A DNA stretch of 64,000 nt from positions 95,666,001-95,730,000 of the forward strand of contig NC_042998.1 in assembly GCF_006345805.1 (NCBI RefSeq). Direction: 5' to 3'. This DNA is from Octopus sinensis. Its lineage: Eukaryota. Both the position numbers and the translations under genes were made by a program. Numbering within the stretch: the first letter of the stretch is position 1; each line of letters begins with the position of its first letter. Positions 24,340 through 37,134 of this stretch are shown here, in pieces. A model generated the notes under the pieces. The model saw only the letters and a list, made by a program, of their open reading frames with translations. It was not told the origin of the DNA and did not search any database.

Positions 24340-24342
<3 letters not shown>

Positions 24343-24893
24343 CACACGACGAGTTTCTTTCAGTTGCCACTAACCAATTCTACTGACAAGGTTTTGGTCG
24401 ACCTGAAGCTGTAGTAGAAGACACTTGCCCGACGTGCCACCTAGTGGACCTGAACTCAAAACCATGTGGTTGGGAAGCAAATTTCTTACATACGAGCACC
24501 CACACTACACACACTAGCGCTGACCATTTCACAGCACCCATACCACACACTATTATCCACAAATCCCCATACAATCTTCAATAACGTTACCATACATACG
24601 AGCAGTCATACACACTGTTTACGCCTCTGTAACACACACCACATCCCATTACGCACACTCCTACACCCTCACACGAACATAATACCTGAACACAGACAAT
24701 GTTCGTGGGTGAAAGTTATCTTTGTCTATGGGTGTTGTGTCTGTTTATGCGTGTAATGCGTGTGTATACATTAGGTGTAGGAGTGGGTGTGTGGTAAGTA
24801 GCTTGCTTACCAACCACATGGTTCTGGGTTCAGTCTCACTGCATAGCACCTTGGGCGTCTTCTACTATAGCCTCAGGCCAAAGCCTTGTGAGT

Positions 24894-24895
<2 letters not shown>
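24340..24895. mobile_element. Two divergently oriented family B SINE 5' halves (24340-24500 minus; 24773-24895 plus)
   Basis: GTAGAAGACACTTGCCC...ACCATGTGGTTGGGAAGC and GGAGTGGGTGTGTGGTAAGTAGCTTGCTTACCAACCACATGG. Confidence 0.75.
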
Positions 24896-24924
<29 letters not shown>

Positions 24925-25400
24925 CGCACACGCAGAAACACACGCAACTCACATAGACAAAGATGAATTTCGCCCACGAACATACACTATACACATACAA
25001 ACTATTTAGTCACAGAGATACACACACGCACATATACATGTGCACACACCACATGAAAAAGTATACATCAGCTGCTACACACAACATACACACGCACACA
25101 CACATGTTACATATGCACACACAAATACGTCAGACTCATTCACCACCATAAACGCATCCACACATACATACATGCACCTTAGTTCGTTGGTATCACCATT
25201 ATTATCTCCCTTTCATTCAACTCCTTTTTCCCAGTCATCTCGCCATTTTGAACCGCTAAATAGTTTTTCTCTCTCCGTTTTTTTTTCCCATTCTCTCCCC
25301 ATTTTTTTTCATATTCCTTTCCATTTTTCCCGAGCGTTAAACTAATACACTTGCTTCTTGTTCCTACACCAGTCTTCGTCTTTTGTTTTTCTATAAATCT

Positions 25401-25459
<59 letters not shown>

Positions 25460-25486
25460 ACACACACACACACACAAACACACACA

Positions 25487-25522
<36 letters not shown>

Positions 25523-25560
25523 TGTATGTACGTATGTTTGTATGTATGTATGTATGTATA

Positions 25561-25606
<46 letters not shown>

Positions 25607-25789
25607 TGTGTGTGTGTGTGTGACAGCCGGTGTTGATATGTCTACGACCTCATAATTTGGCTGTTCGGCAAAGAGCCTTGATCGAAGAAATACTAGGCTT
25701 TAAAAAATATATAAAGTAAGTCCTGGGGTCTTTTTATTTTCGGCTAAAACCAGCATGGCTGCAGTCAAACAAGTAAAAACACGAACAGA

Positions 25790-26030
25790 GTAGATGTGAT
25801 ACCAATAGTAACTGGTGCACTTGGAAGTATCAGCACTCATCTACAAACATGGTTGAATGAGATCGGTGCAAATGTGAAGGCAGAACACCCACAAAAATCA
25901 GCATTGCTTGGACTACAATAATTCTTCGCAGGGTTTTTGAAGCATGACCAGTAAATAAGAGTCGCCTTAGTCTGCTGGCTGAGGACAGCTAACATTTTCC
26001 ATTACACCCAGCAAAATAAGGTGTGTTTTC

Positions 26031-26031
<1 letters not shown>
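25790..26031 (+). mobile_element. R4/Dong-like RLE retrotransposon 3' end followed by (AAT)n
   Basis: VDVIPIVTGALGSISTHLQTWLNEIG...PQKSALLG/TTIILRRVFEA*, short 3' UTR, then (AAT)n at 26034-26100. Confidence 0.85.
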
Positions 26032-26078
<47 letters not shown>

Positions 26079-26100
26079 TAATAATAATAATAATAATAAA

Positions 26101-26654
26101 ATGCCCTGATGCAGTACTACGAGTGGCTCTCGTGGCTTCTGATCTTAACTGAGTGGAAGTGTTATCGTGTGCATTGTTTTGTCTTGGTATAAAAGATGGG
26201 CTACAGCAAATATTCTGCTCAATACTACACATTTGCTTGTCAGTTGTTTGACCTTTAACAGTTTAGCATGTCACTTTGTGGCTGACGATATGTGCATCTC
26301 TGATCACGAGCAGAAATAGTGGGAGAGCATCATAGCCATGTGTTGAGAGGGTTTTTTTTAGTTTGAATAATTCTCCTCTGGAAACATGGGTGTTTCATTC
26401 AACATCCTTAAACAATATTTATTCAGGGACCTTTTGAGCGGGATGGGTTACTCGACCAGAAGAAAATTCTAACTGGGCCCCACCTGCAAGGTCATGCGCT
26501 GTTTATCTTGATATGAGATCACCATGTCGCGCACATATGGTTGTGATGCAGGTGCTTAGTGTACCCTTATCAGACGGGTAGTCATTGTGGGTATACTGGA
26601 CTTCGTATATTTTACCCCAGTGTCACTTTGATGGTATGCACTGCTCTCTCACTC
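26101..26654. mobile_element. 554-bp non-coding element bounded by (AAT)n on both sides
   Basis: Sharp boundaries with TAA repeats, higher GC than the flanks, no convincing ORF; lies between two R4/Dong fragments. Confidence 0.55.
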
Positions 26655-26677
26655 AATAATAATAATAATAATAATAA

Positions 26678-27138
26678 GCCATCAATGGTTAGTGGCTTCT
26701 GGCTTAAAATCAGAAACAGAAGGGTTTGTCATAGCAGCCCAAGATTAATGCCTACCTACAAGAAACTACCAGGCCAACATATTAAAAAACAGCAGCTTCC
26801 CAACATGTCGTGTATGACAACAACAAAATGAAACCATTGATCAAGTTGTCTCTATGTGCAGTCTTCTTGCGCCTACATAGTATCTCAACAGGCATGATAG
26901 AACAGCACAATATATTCACTGGATAATTTGCAAAAACCTGGACCTGCCCCATGATAAAAACTAGTGGGAACACAAACCACCTCCAATGCTTGAAAATGAC
27001 CACATCTCACTCCTCTGGAACTTCACTGTTCAAACTGACAGAAAGATAGATGCGAATAGGCTAGACATTATATTGAAAGAATTCAGAAAAAAAATCATGC
27101 CTCCTCATTGCTATGACTGTCCCAATTGATATAAATGT
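26678..27138 (+). pseudogene. R4/Dong-like zinc knuckle plus restriction-like endonuclease fragment
   Basis: WLVASGLKSETEGFVIAAQD*, TCRV*...ETIDQVVSMC (decayed CCHC), YLNRHD, LLWNFTVQTDRKIDANRLDI, CLLIAMTVP; several in-frame stops. Confidence 0.9.
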
Positions 27139-27993
27139 GTAGTGGATCTTGGAAGCATGAAGTGGATTCTATCCACCATAGCCAAATTTAAATTAACACA
27201 GCAGCAGAACTTTTCCCACGGTGCAACAATAGTTTTTCTCTGACAGCAGTTTAACATTTTCCAGATACTTCTAGCTAGGCCGAAATAATGTCTTCGCCAC
27301 TTGACCCTTTCTAACCTCTTCTACTTCACTAAAAGCTAGAATAGAGGTAACAAGACCACCAACTAAATCTATTGTTCTCAATGATATGTCTCTCCTTCTG
27401 GATAGTTATAAAAGCAAGAACCCCTAAGCAAAAACCAAGTAGTCACTTGGCGACAACTGAGCGAGGCGGTTCGTGACGACTCAATTGGTTAGGGAACGGA
27501 CTGCTAAAATCATGATCACAAGGAATGCAGCTACTAAAGGCAATGGTCAGCGAGAGAAATGAAATTTACTGTCAGCAACTGTGAGACAACGTCCCACAAC
27601 CCTACAACTGTCACTAGCTCTTATTCTGTTCTCTTACAACATCATCTATCGCTATCTGTGGATTACTACTAACAATTTATGTACACCAAACTATGCAAAA
27701 AAATAATTCTACCACATTTAACTTTCTTTCGCATGCTCTCGGATGTTATAACCTGCCCGTCGAGGTATGGTATTTTTCAACGTAACGGTAAATAAATACT
27801 TTCTTAAAACTTCATGATGAGAATTAAGGTGGTTTACATGAAAATCTGAAGTCGCGATCCGGCTATGTACGCTGGGCACTTATCTCCCTTCGTCAGTCAT
27901 TAAGACAGTGATTTTATGGCTTCTAGGTTAGTTTAACTCTTATCTTTAGCAAAAGCGATGCTAGTCAGTACCCTTTGTCACCTTTGTGACCTC

Positions 27994-28041
<48 letters not shown>

Positions 28042-28298
28042 CATATATACGTAGTTCTAGGGAAAGGGTGGGTGGAATAGGTATAAGATCTCACGTATAT
28101 TTAGAAGAATCGAAAGCGGGTATACATTTGCCAGGAGTTTATGTATCAATCTTCGTCCGTTCTCAGCTCTTTTGTAGTTAGCCATTAACAATACAGGATG
28201 GCTTTGATTTATAAACAGATAGCGTTAAACTAAAAGCATGACTATACATACATCCATTTCCAAGCTCTTATTTACTTTGACGTTATCTGTTGACTGTT

Positions 28299-28376
<78 letters not shown>

Positions 28377-28669
28377 TAAATTGCTGTCAATCTGATGTTA
28401 TCACAAAGTTATTAAATACGTCCATTTTGTCGAGTTTGCATAGTCGTCACATAATTAAATATTCCCGAAGTTATCTCATTGCCATTATATCTTCTATTAC
28501 TTCCCGACGCCATTTAATCATACAATCTCTCTATTACCCAATCTACTTATCTTTTAACCCTGTGTATAACTAACTTCTCTAGCACTCCCACATCATTTTC
28601 CCAAGCCAGGAGCCAAGGACAGATCCTCTAAGCAATCGTTCGATCGGCTAGAGATAGCAGCTAAATACC

Positions 28670-28910
28670 CAGCGCTGGATTAACCATTAAGCAAATTAAG
28701 CATGTACTTAGGGCGTCAAGGGAAGGGGGTGCCACAGAAATTATAAACAGTTTACGGCACAAAAGAATTCGCTTTAAATTTGCTACAATAATGTTCAGGA
28801 TGCCTTATCTCTGCAAAGTATAGAAGCAGATGTGTTACGTAAGGTTCATTTTGAGGATTTGATCAAAGACTGCAATTAAAAAAACTGTTGGAGAAAACTT
28901 TTCAAATATA
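28670..28910 (+). mobile_element. hAT transposon remnant (putative terminus plus dimerisation-domain tail)
   Basis: CAG-starting terminus CAGCGCTGGATTAACC; DALSLQSIEADVLRKVHFEDLIKD.AIKK resembles the end of the hATC domain. No matching right TIR was found. Confidence 0.5.
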
Positions 28911-30248
28911 AATAAGCGTTCTCTCTCCATCCCCCGCCACGCTCTTTACTGATCAAGTGATTAAACTGAGAAATGAGATGTTACTCCTATATCTAGCAGA
29001 ATGAGCGACCGCATAGCTACTCCTACGCTGACTAACAGGGAGGGATCGAAAAAAAATAGATTGTCATGTTCTTATTTGACAATGTTTCTTCATGACGCAT
29101 ATTGTAGACAGTTAAGGCGAAATGACCTGAGTTGTCACCTTCGTATGGGTGTGTGTGTATTTAAGAACATATGCAAGATCATAACTGTTTAACCGGATGA
29201 TTATGGGTGGCATACCCAAACAGAGAACTCCTGCGGTCATAAAATAAGTGTCGGACGAAGCCTCTGTTGACTTATTCTGGAATAAAGCATTCTGTTAGAA
29301 GTTTTTCTAAGAGACAAGAGACGGGTGAATTCATGCATAGACAACTTAACGGAGACAAGACCAAAGATGTTTCAGAGTCGAGGCACCTCTTGTTGAATTG
29401 AAGGACCATTGGTGCGTAACGTGTGAAAACGGATCAGCACTAGATATGGATCATCTGTTCCTAATTCATTTCCTCCGATGTGTGAAAGTAAGGATGAGCA
29501 GGATATAGATGCAAAGTGATAGAGAAGTCCGATTAGAAAAAAAAAAAAATTGACAAACGGTGAAAATATTTTAGAATGAATACATGATATTAATTTTTCT
29601 TGTAGCAATAATACTTCTGCTAAATTTCTTTATTCATGGCAACGAAAAATACTTTTAGCATTTACAAGTTTTTGCATGTGCTTGAAAGCAAATGCTTTTT
29701 TTTCTATAGTTGCGTTTAGAAAAGATGAATGAAGATTTAGAAAAGATAAGAGCAGTGGTAGGGTTGGACTGCAGAAAACGGAAGTTGCACAAGATGTAGT
29801 GGATAAGTCAAGTAGTGGGGAGAAAGTTGAGGGGTAAAATGCATGCAATTGACGAGTGGGTGGATGTCGCGACAGAACAGCGGTAGTGCGGTTAACAGAA
29901 AGAAGCAGTACTTTTAATGAACATTGTGAATGGATGAAAATTTGAAGTAGAAATACAATTTTGTAAAGCCAAATAAAATAAGATAGAATACAATAAAGCA
30001 AGGAAAGCGGAGAGGTGAGGCTGTTGTTGGAAATATATATATTAAGTTATAGATTATAAGTAGCTCTAATAATGCAAGCATTATCGATACTACATACTTA
30101 TGGTATGTATTTTGTTTATGCGCTCCTTAGCTATGGGATAGCTCAGGGGAAATGTCCCTTTAAGAAGCCAAACACTGGAAAACACTGAAAATTTCAAGCT
30201 AGGCGAGATAAGTGGTATCAATAATATTTGCATTATTAGAACCGTTCA

Positions 30249-30435
30249 AGGCGGCGAGCTGGCAGAAACGTTAGCACGCCGGACGAAATGCTTACTTATC
30301 CGCCGAGATCGACATTACCTTTCATCCTTTCAGGGTCGATAAATTAAATACCAGTTGCATACTAGGGTCGATTTAATCGACTATCCCCTCCCCTCAAAAA
30401 ATTTGGGGCCTCCTGCCTAGAGTAGAAAAGAAGAT
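30249..30435 (+). mobile_element. Family A SINE with internal deletion (short tail)
   Basis: AAGGCGGCGAGCTGGCAGAAACG...CCTTTCATCCTTTCAGGGTCGATAAATT. Confidence 0.85.
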
Positions 30436-31215
30436 TAGATCTGTTCATAATGCATAGATTGATTTTGTTTTCCCTGTGCAGCGCAGTTGCACATCAGTAA
30501 ATACACTCTACACTATTTGCATATACACCACAAACCAGCGATCGCAATTCGTCCCGAGGCGACTCGAGTACACGGTGCTGAGGAGCTACAAAATACACCC
30601 AAATGTCGATATCCACCATTCTCGATCCCTTTCGGGGCGAGTTGTTTCGCCTGGTTTGAGGTATTCAAAGAGTTTCAACACTCAGCTAATTTTCACAAAG
30701 AAATGAAGGAAGGGAACTGCCTTGTGGTGAGTGAAATGGCGTCTATGGTACGATCATATAGCTGAAAGTTAAAAACAGTGTATTGGGCGAAATTTTGAGC
30801 TTCAAGATAATCAGCAAATATGTTGGTATAGTTGCGGCCCATTCTAGTTTGTACCCCAGTGGCACAACTACTGTGTGTGCTGCTCGCGGAAACCCTTGAG
30901 TTTGAGCGCCCATCTTCCCCCAAGCTCCTTAGCCTAAACTGGCTTATGCAGCAAACTCAAATGTGCTTTCCCCATAAAAGCGTCAACCGAGGCGGACTGC
31001 TCCCTCTTCCCCACCAGCTGCACTACTATTGTACTGGTACCGTCTTAAAGTATTGACGCATTGGGTAGTTACTCAAAAGCTCCATGGGCCTAGAAGCCCT
31101 AGTACTAAACTATGTATGTTGTGATATCGTATGTAGGAGCCCTAGTTCATTGCTTTTCTCAGGAGCCTATAAAGCAATACATCGGCCAATTTTGTAACCA
31201 TTATTAACTAGAAGA

Positions 31216-31566
31216 AAGGCAGCAAGCTGCCAGAATCGTTAGTACTCTGGGCGAAATGCTTGGCGGTATTTCATCTAATTCAAATTCCGCTGATATCTAC
31301 TTAGCCTTTTATCATTTTGATGTTGATAAAATAAGTACCAGTTAAATACTGGGATCGATGTAATCGACTTGACTACTCCTGGGTATGAGTATAAAGACAA
31401 AAGAAACTGCACTCCTCTGTGAAGCCAGTGTGGCAGAGTAAGTTCGCCAAACCAGCATGATCTTAAGCTCAAATTCACGGCCTCCACATCGGATCGTGGT
31501 TTGGTGGAGAGAACATGTTGAGGCCTTCGTCCTGCAGTGGACTGAACATAGGCAATTCAATCCAAT
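31216..31566 (+). mobile_element. Family A SINE (31216-31375) followed by a family E retroposon (31377-31566)
   Basis: Family A head and core, then a homologue of 4003-4185 ending GAGGCCTTCGTCCTGCAGTGGACTGAACATAGGC. Confidence 0.75.
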
Positions 31567-31627
31567 TACTCTCATAACCTGTTAGTAGAACTTACCGGGA
31601 AAGACAAAGCAGTTTAATGAGAACATT

Positions 31628-32049
31628 TAATTCTCTATTGCCCACAAGGGGCTAAACATAGAGGGGACAAACAAGGACAGACAAAAGGACTAAGTCGATT
31701 ATATCGACCCCAGTGCGTAACTGGTACTTATTTAATCGACCCCGAAAGGATGAAAGGCAAAGTAGACCCCGGCGGAATTTGAACTCAGAACGTAGCGGCA
31801 GACGAAATACCTATTTCTATTTCTTTACTACCCACAAGGGGCTAAACACAGAGAGAACAAACAAGGACAAACAAACGGATCAAGTCGATTATATCGACCC
31901 CAGTGCGTAACTAGCACTTATTTAACCGACCCCGAAAGGATGAAAGGCAAAGTTGATCTCGGCAGAATTTGAACTCAGAACGTAGCGACAGACGAAATAC
32001 TGCTAAGCATTTCGCCTGGCGTGCTAACATTTCTGCCAGTTCGCTGCCA
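31628..32049 (-). mobile_element. Second dimeric family A SINE with 15-bp TSD
   Basis: Same two-unit structure and junction as 331-755. TTTAATGAGAACATT at 31613-31627 and 32050-32064. Confidence 0.9.
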
Positions 32050-33064
32050 TTTAATGAGAACATTGACCTATTCAATGAGGACCCTCGAAAGAAAACAGCG
32101 ACAACTACATGCTTCAATAGTTAAATCTCTGTACAGTGTGTTTCCAGTAAGGAAACTACATAAAACGCAATATCTGATTTTCCCATTAGTATATAGTACT
32201 GTGTGTGTTTTTGTGTCTTATTTGATATTCTGCCCTCAAGAAACTGCACCCAACTGTTTAAACAAAGAGAAGTTCACATCTCAAAACAAGAACAAACGGA
32301 CATTAATTAATTAGATCCTCGAATTGAACATGTGGTACCTATTCGATAGGGGTAAAGAAAGCATAAATAAAACTGTCAGTGAAGGTGAAATTGCTTTCCG
32401 CGAATAACGTATGATTTTAGGGCTAAACCACGATGACCTCTGTCAGTCACTTGTCCGTCACTTGGAATATATAAATAGAGAGTCCGGCACTGTGAAAGAG
32501 GATGAAATATTTTTGTTGAACTTTTGTTGAAATTTACTTGACCTTAACACGTCAGATGCAAATGGATAAAAATACTTTTTAATTGATTATTCGAGCCTTA
32601 AGAATCAGAGGAAGACAAAAAAAAAAAAAAAAAGAAGAGAGAAAGAAGTAGTAGAAGAAAAACGATGAAGAGAAGGAGGAGGAGGAGGAGGTGGTGGGGA
32701 GGAAGGGGAGGAGAAAAATTAGACCCTAATGAAAGAATAAAAAATTCATTTCGTGTTTTATATTTTGTTAGGGTGTCTTTTCGTTACACCAGTAATTAAC
32801 CCGGATGAAACGCATCACTACTTTAAGTTCCGTAAATATATTTTACTGAGAGCAACAGAAATGAAAGAGGCAAAGTTTAAACCAGTCATAGACAAAACTG
32901 TGGTCGGCGGGGCTTACTGACTGGCATTCCCAACAAAAAAAATTTACCTTGAATATTTAGTAGTGCGGTCCACTTGCTGATGAGTAACGTCTCTTGCGAC
33001 CTGTTTCTTGCAAAAGGTTGTCCACGAGAAAATGTGGAGGGGGGAATATGTTTGCCCCTGCTAA

Positions 33065-33085
33065 TGACGTCAGCGTGTTATATAT
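33065..33085. promoter_or_regulatory. Perfect CRE palindrome TGACGTCA next to a TATA-like TTATATAT
   Basis: TGACGTCA at 33065-33072 and TTATATAT at 33078-33085 in non-repetitive DNA. Function is unproven. Confidence 0.25.
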
Positions 33086-33239
33086 GGTGTTACATGACTT
33101 TTAATCACGAATTGTAACTCTGACTTAGATTTGGCTCTTCGTGAATGACGGCGTTGAAAATTGTTTTGTCTGTAGTTACACTGATTGCACTAGCCTTTGT
33201 GTTACAATGTGTAACAACTTGTTTACACATAGACAATAT

Positions 33240-33321
33240 CGTCATCATCATCACCACTACCATCATCAGCGTCGTCATCATTGTCATCATCATCATCATT
33301 ATCATAAGTAGTAGTAGTGGT

Positions 33322-33355
<34 letters not shown>

Positions 33356-33559
33356 CAATTGCGGTGGTGGTGTTTTTATTTAGCCCTTAAGTCAACACTG
33401 ATCGAAGGCGTTCCAGCCATAACCATCTCGTATTCTAGGTACATCCAATATTACATAATCCAGACTGTCCTTCCTTTCTTAAGACTGAAGGAGTGACTTG
33501 AAAGCGGTTTGGCTCTTATTTCTAGCAGGTCGAGTGACCACGTAACAGCAGTAGTGGTG

Positions 33560-33604
<45 letters not shown>

Positions 33605-33648
33605 TTGGTGGTTGTGGTAGCAGCAGTAGTAGTAGTAGCAGCAGCAGC

Positions 33649-33695
<47 letters not shown>

Positions 33696-33755
33696 CAGCA
33701 GCGGTGGCGGTGGCGGCGGCAGTGGTGGTGGTGGTGGTCGTCGTCGTCGTCGTTG
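33240..33755. repeat. (CAT)n, (GTA)n, (GTG)n, (GCA)n trinucleotide tracts
   Basis: Seen directly; source of the poly-T/poly-V ORFs. Confidence 0.95.
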
Positions 33756-33986
33756 CTATTGTTGTTTTGTGTTGTCTCCTATATTTGCTGAAATAGGTAG
33801 TATTCATTATCAAGACAATGTCTTTTCCACACCTCATGAATTACTTTCCAATTAATTTTTTATACACACAAAATATTGAATATGTTCACTCTAATTTAGG
33901 TGATCTTTGGTTTTACTTATGTCTATTTTTGTATCTTCCCCCGCATTGTTTTGGTTTTGTTAAAAGCACTTTCTAGTTAGTTCCCT

Positions 33987-34213
33987 CGAGCTGGCAGAAT
34001 CTTTAGCACGCCGGGCGAAATGCGCAGCCGTATTTCGTCTGCCGTTACATTCTGAGTTCAAATTCCGCCGAGGTCGTCTTTGCCTTTCATCCTTTCGGGG
34101 TCGATAAATTAAGTACCAGTTACTCACTGGGGTCGATGTAATTGACTTAATACCTATGTCTGTCCTTGCTTGTCCTCTCTGTGTTTAGCCCCTTGTGGGT
34201 AATAAAGAAATAG
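33987..34213 (+). mobile_element. Family A SINE monomer (long tail)
   Basis: CGAGCTGGCAGAATC...TTAGCCCCTTGTGGGTAATAAAGAAATAG. Confidence 0.9.
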
Positions 34214-34432
34214 GTATTCACGATTCATTATTGTACTTGGTAATCTGGCAGGATTCAGATATATTTGTATGAACTTGACATCCGGTAGAAAACGGAAGTG
34301 GCGTAGAAGCTGAGCAAGCAGCTTAATTAATAATTATTACGTGCAAGCAATGTTAGCAGCCCCGAGATCTAATGCGTAATATTTCATACTTATAAAATAT
34401 ACTATAAAACGGTGATTAAGTCATCTTAATTA

Positions 34433-34959
34433 CAGTGGAACCTCGGTTTACCAACGTCGTTCATCACGATCAAATCTGTTTTCGAACATAAAACGTCACG
34501 GATGACGAACGGTGTCTCGAGTAACGAACATGGAAGCCGACAACAACAGTTGGTCACAAGCTGGGTGTATCAGCGGGAGAGCGTCAAAAGCTGTCTAGCT
34601 TTCGTTCAGTGTACATCACTGTTTGGATTCGGCGTGCCTTCTCTCGAATTTCCTATGAGAAAAATAGTTTCGGTAACCCTTTCGTTACTGTATTTATTTT
34701 GAGATGTTCTGTGTTTCTTTCAATTACTTTATATATAACAAAAAATTTAGTAAAATAACTTAGTTATCACTAAACTTGTGTTGGGAACATAAATTGTGAC
34801 TAAGGTTTGGTGGAAGATTTTAATTGAAACCTTAAGAAAACAAGACATTTGTACAACAGAGCCAGAGCCGGTTTCAGCCGGGTTGGTAACAAAAGGGAAC
34901 ATTTCGAGTGACGAACTGCTTTTAGGAACGAATTAAATTCTTAAACCGAGGTTCCACTG
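34433..34959. mobile_element. pogo/Tigger-like (Tc1/mariner) MITE
   Basis: Perfect 18-bp TIR CAGTGGAACCTCGGTTTA at 34433-34450 and 34942-34959. TA on the left, TG (mutated TA) on the right. Confidence 0.85.
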
Positions 34960-35794
34960 TGATTTGTAGTAGTCATCACGTGTAAGTAATGTTAGAATTT
35001 TTGAATTCTAAAGCGGTAATCATAAGTTGTTTTTTTTTTTGTATTTTCTATTAAAATGTTATTGTGCGTATACATTTATTATGTTAGATCATTTCCGTTC
35101 TCGACCACTGTGTTATTTAGTTGGCTGCTACGTCCCTTAAGTTTTATACTGAATGTCAAGTTCGTACTAATACATCCAAATTTGGCAAGATTACCTAGTT
35201 CTTTTGTTGTACCTCTGGTGGGTCATTATACCACAGTAAACACATGAACTGGTTCTATTTCACTTCTTCATTTTTATTTATTTTATAATCAGCTGGTTAA
35301 TTATTTAACCAATTAACTAATTCATTGTTTGATTAATCGTTCAGTCAGTCAAACAATCAGCCAGGTTGTTAGTTTTGTCAAAGTTCTTGCATCGCCATTC
35401 GGAACCTCATCACTGAAACGCTCTCTACCCCAGATCTGCTGGAGAGAGGGCATGAATTGATAAGGTAGCGAATGGTAACGAAAGGACCTTAACAAAACTC
35501 ACTGATTGACTTGCTGAAAAATTAATCAAAAATCCATCAGTTAATTGGTTAAATAGCTGACCATATAATAAACAAAAATTCGTCGAAGAAATAGAACCGG
35601 TGCATGTGTTTATTAGTGACATAATGATTTTCCTGAGATTCAACAAAATATGTAAGAAAACATGTTTCATATTAAACAATGTGTTCTTTTAAGACGGTAA
35701 GTTGTTCTTTAAGAGCATTTGGTTACTATTTTTAACAAACCGAGTGATCTCGTAGAAGCTCCTTTACTGGACTTTGTGCGTCTTAATAATCTAT

Positions 35795-36380
35795 TTTCTA
35801 ATTTCGACACAAGGCATGCCTGAAAGAAAGGCAAAGTCAACTTCGGCGACATTTAAGCACACAACATAAAAACGAACGAAATGTCGCCAAGCATTTTGTG
35901 CGGCGTACAAACAATTTTGCCAGCTCGCCGCTTTAAAAGCCTCTTTTGTTAATAATAGTTTCAAGTTTTGTCACAAGACCAGCAAGGGGATTAGTCGATT
36001 ACATCGACCCCAGTATTTAATTGGTACTTATTTTATTGACCCCGAAAGAATGAAAGGCACAGTCGACCTCGACGATATTTCAGCACGCAGCGTAAATATG
36101 GACGATATGCCGCTAAACATTTCGTCCAGCGTACTAACAATTTTACCAGCTCACCACCTTAAAAGCTTCTAGTTAATAATGGTTTCAGATTTTGGCACAA
36201 GGCCAGCAATTTCGGTGGATGGAGTAAGTCGGTTACATCGATGGCACTTATTTTATCAATCCTGAAAGGATGAAAAGGTAAAGTTGACCTCGGCAGAATT
36301 TGAACCTAGAACATGAAGACGGACGAAATGCCGCCAGGAATTTTGACCGGCATGCTGATGATTTTGACAGCGTGTCACCT
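35795..36380 (-). mobile_element. Three tandem diverged family A SINEs
   Basis: Three successive core/head units ending GCCAGCTCGCCGCTTT, ACCAGCTCACCACCTT and ACAGCGTGTCACCTT. Confidence 0.8.
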
Positions 36381-36751
36381 TCCTTCTAGTGAATAATGGT
36401 AAAGAAGTTAAAGTAGCAGTTGTTATTAATAACCATAAATCTCTCCATTAGTTATTTCTGAATATTGGTGACTCGACTGGTTAGGTCCACTGGAAGAAGA
36501 CAATTTTATTTTCGTGGTTATTTTTGAAGCATGTGAGATGGTTCTGTGAATGAGTGTTGTGATATTTACCCTTCTGATAGAGTGATCCAAGAAATATGTA
36601 GGTTGTCGCTGTCACCCAAAGAACATCGCGTTAGCTTCAGTTTGTGAAATATCTGATAAGACAAACTATGCTTGGTGGTTGGTGAGTGGTATCAATTCTT
36701 CTTCGTCATTTTTTTCTTCTACCTCCCCTTCTCTCTCTCTTTCTCTCTCTT

Positions 36752-36803
<52 letters not shown>

Positions 36804-37134
36804 CTTCCAGTCAGGCACGCAAGACAGTTTAAACACTATAAATAGACATTCGTGATGAATTAAGGGCGTAAAGAGAAGCAACGTAAAAGACGACAGCCAA
36901 CACAAAGCTGAATGTCGTCAAGGTACAGAGGGAGAAAAGAGATTTTATTACGTAAACAGATTGTCGAGGCAATCATTGTTGGCAGCAGAAAGTGACTTCA
37001 ATGTGTAACACATCTTACATAAGAAAGGAAGTGGGAAGTCTTCCAGCGTTTTCTTCTCAAGTTTAGTAAATATACAGGATATTAAAAAGTATTTTGCCTT
37101 TGGGTGCTTTTAGCAGATTTCAGTGAGTTTATCT

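Noticed and set aside
35372-35514. Possible exons (plus FCQSSCIAIRNLITETLSTPDLLERGHELI; minus TTTTTCAG acceptor)
   Set aside because: Short, with conflicting frames and strands, weak splice sites and no recognisable homology.
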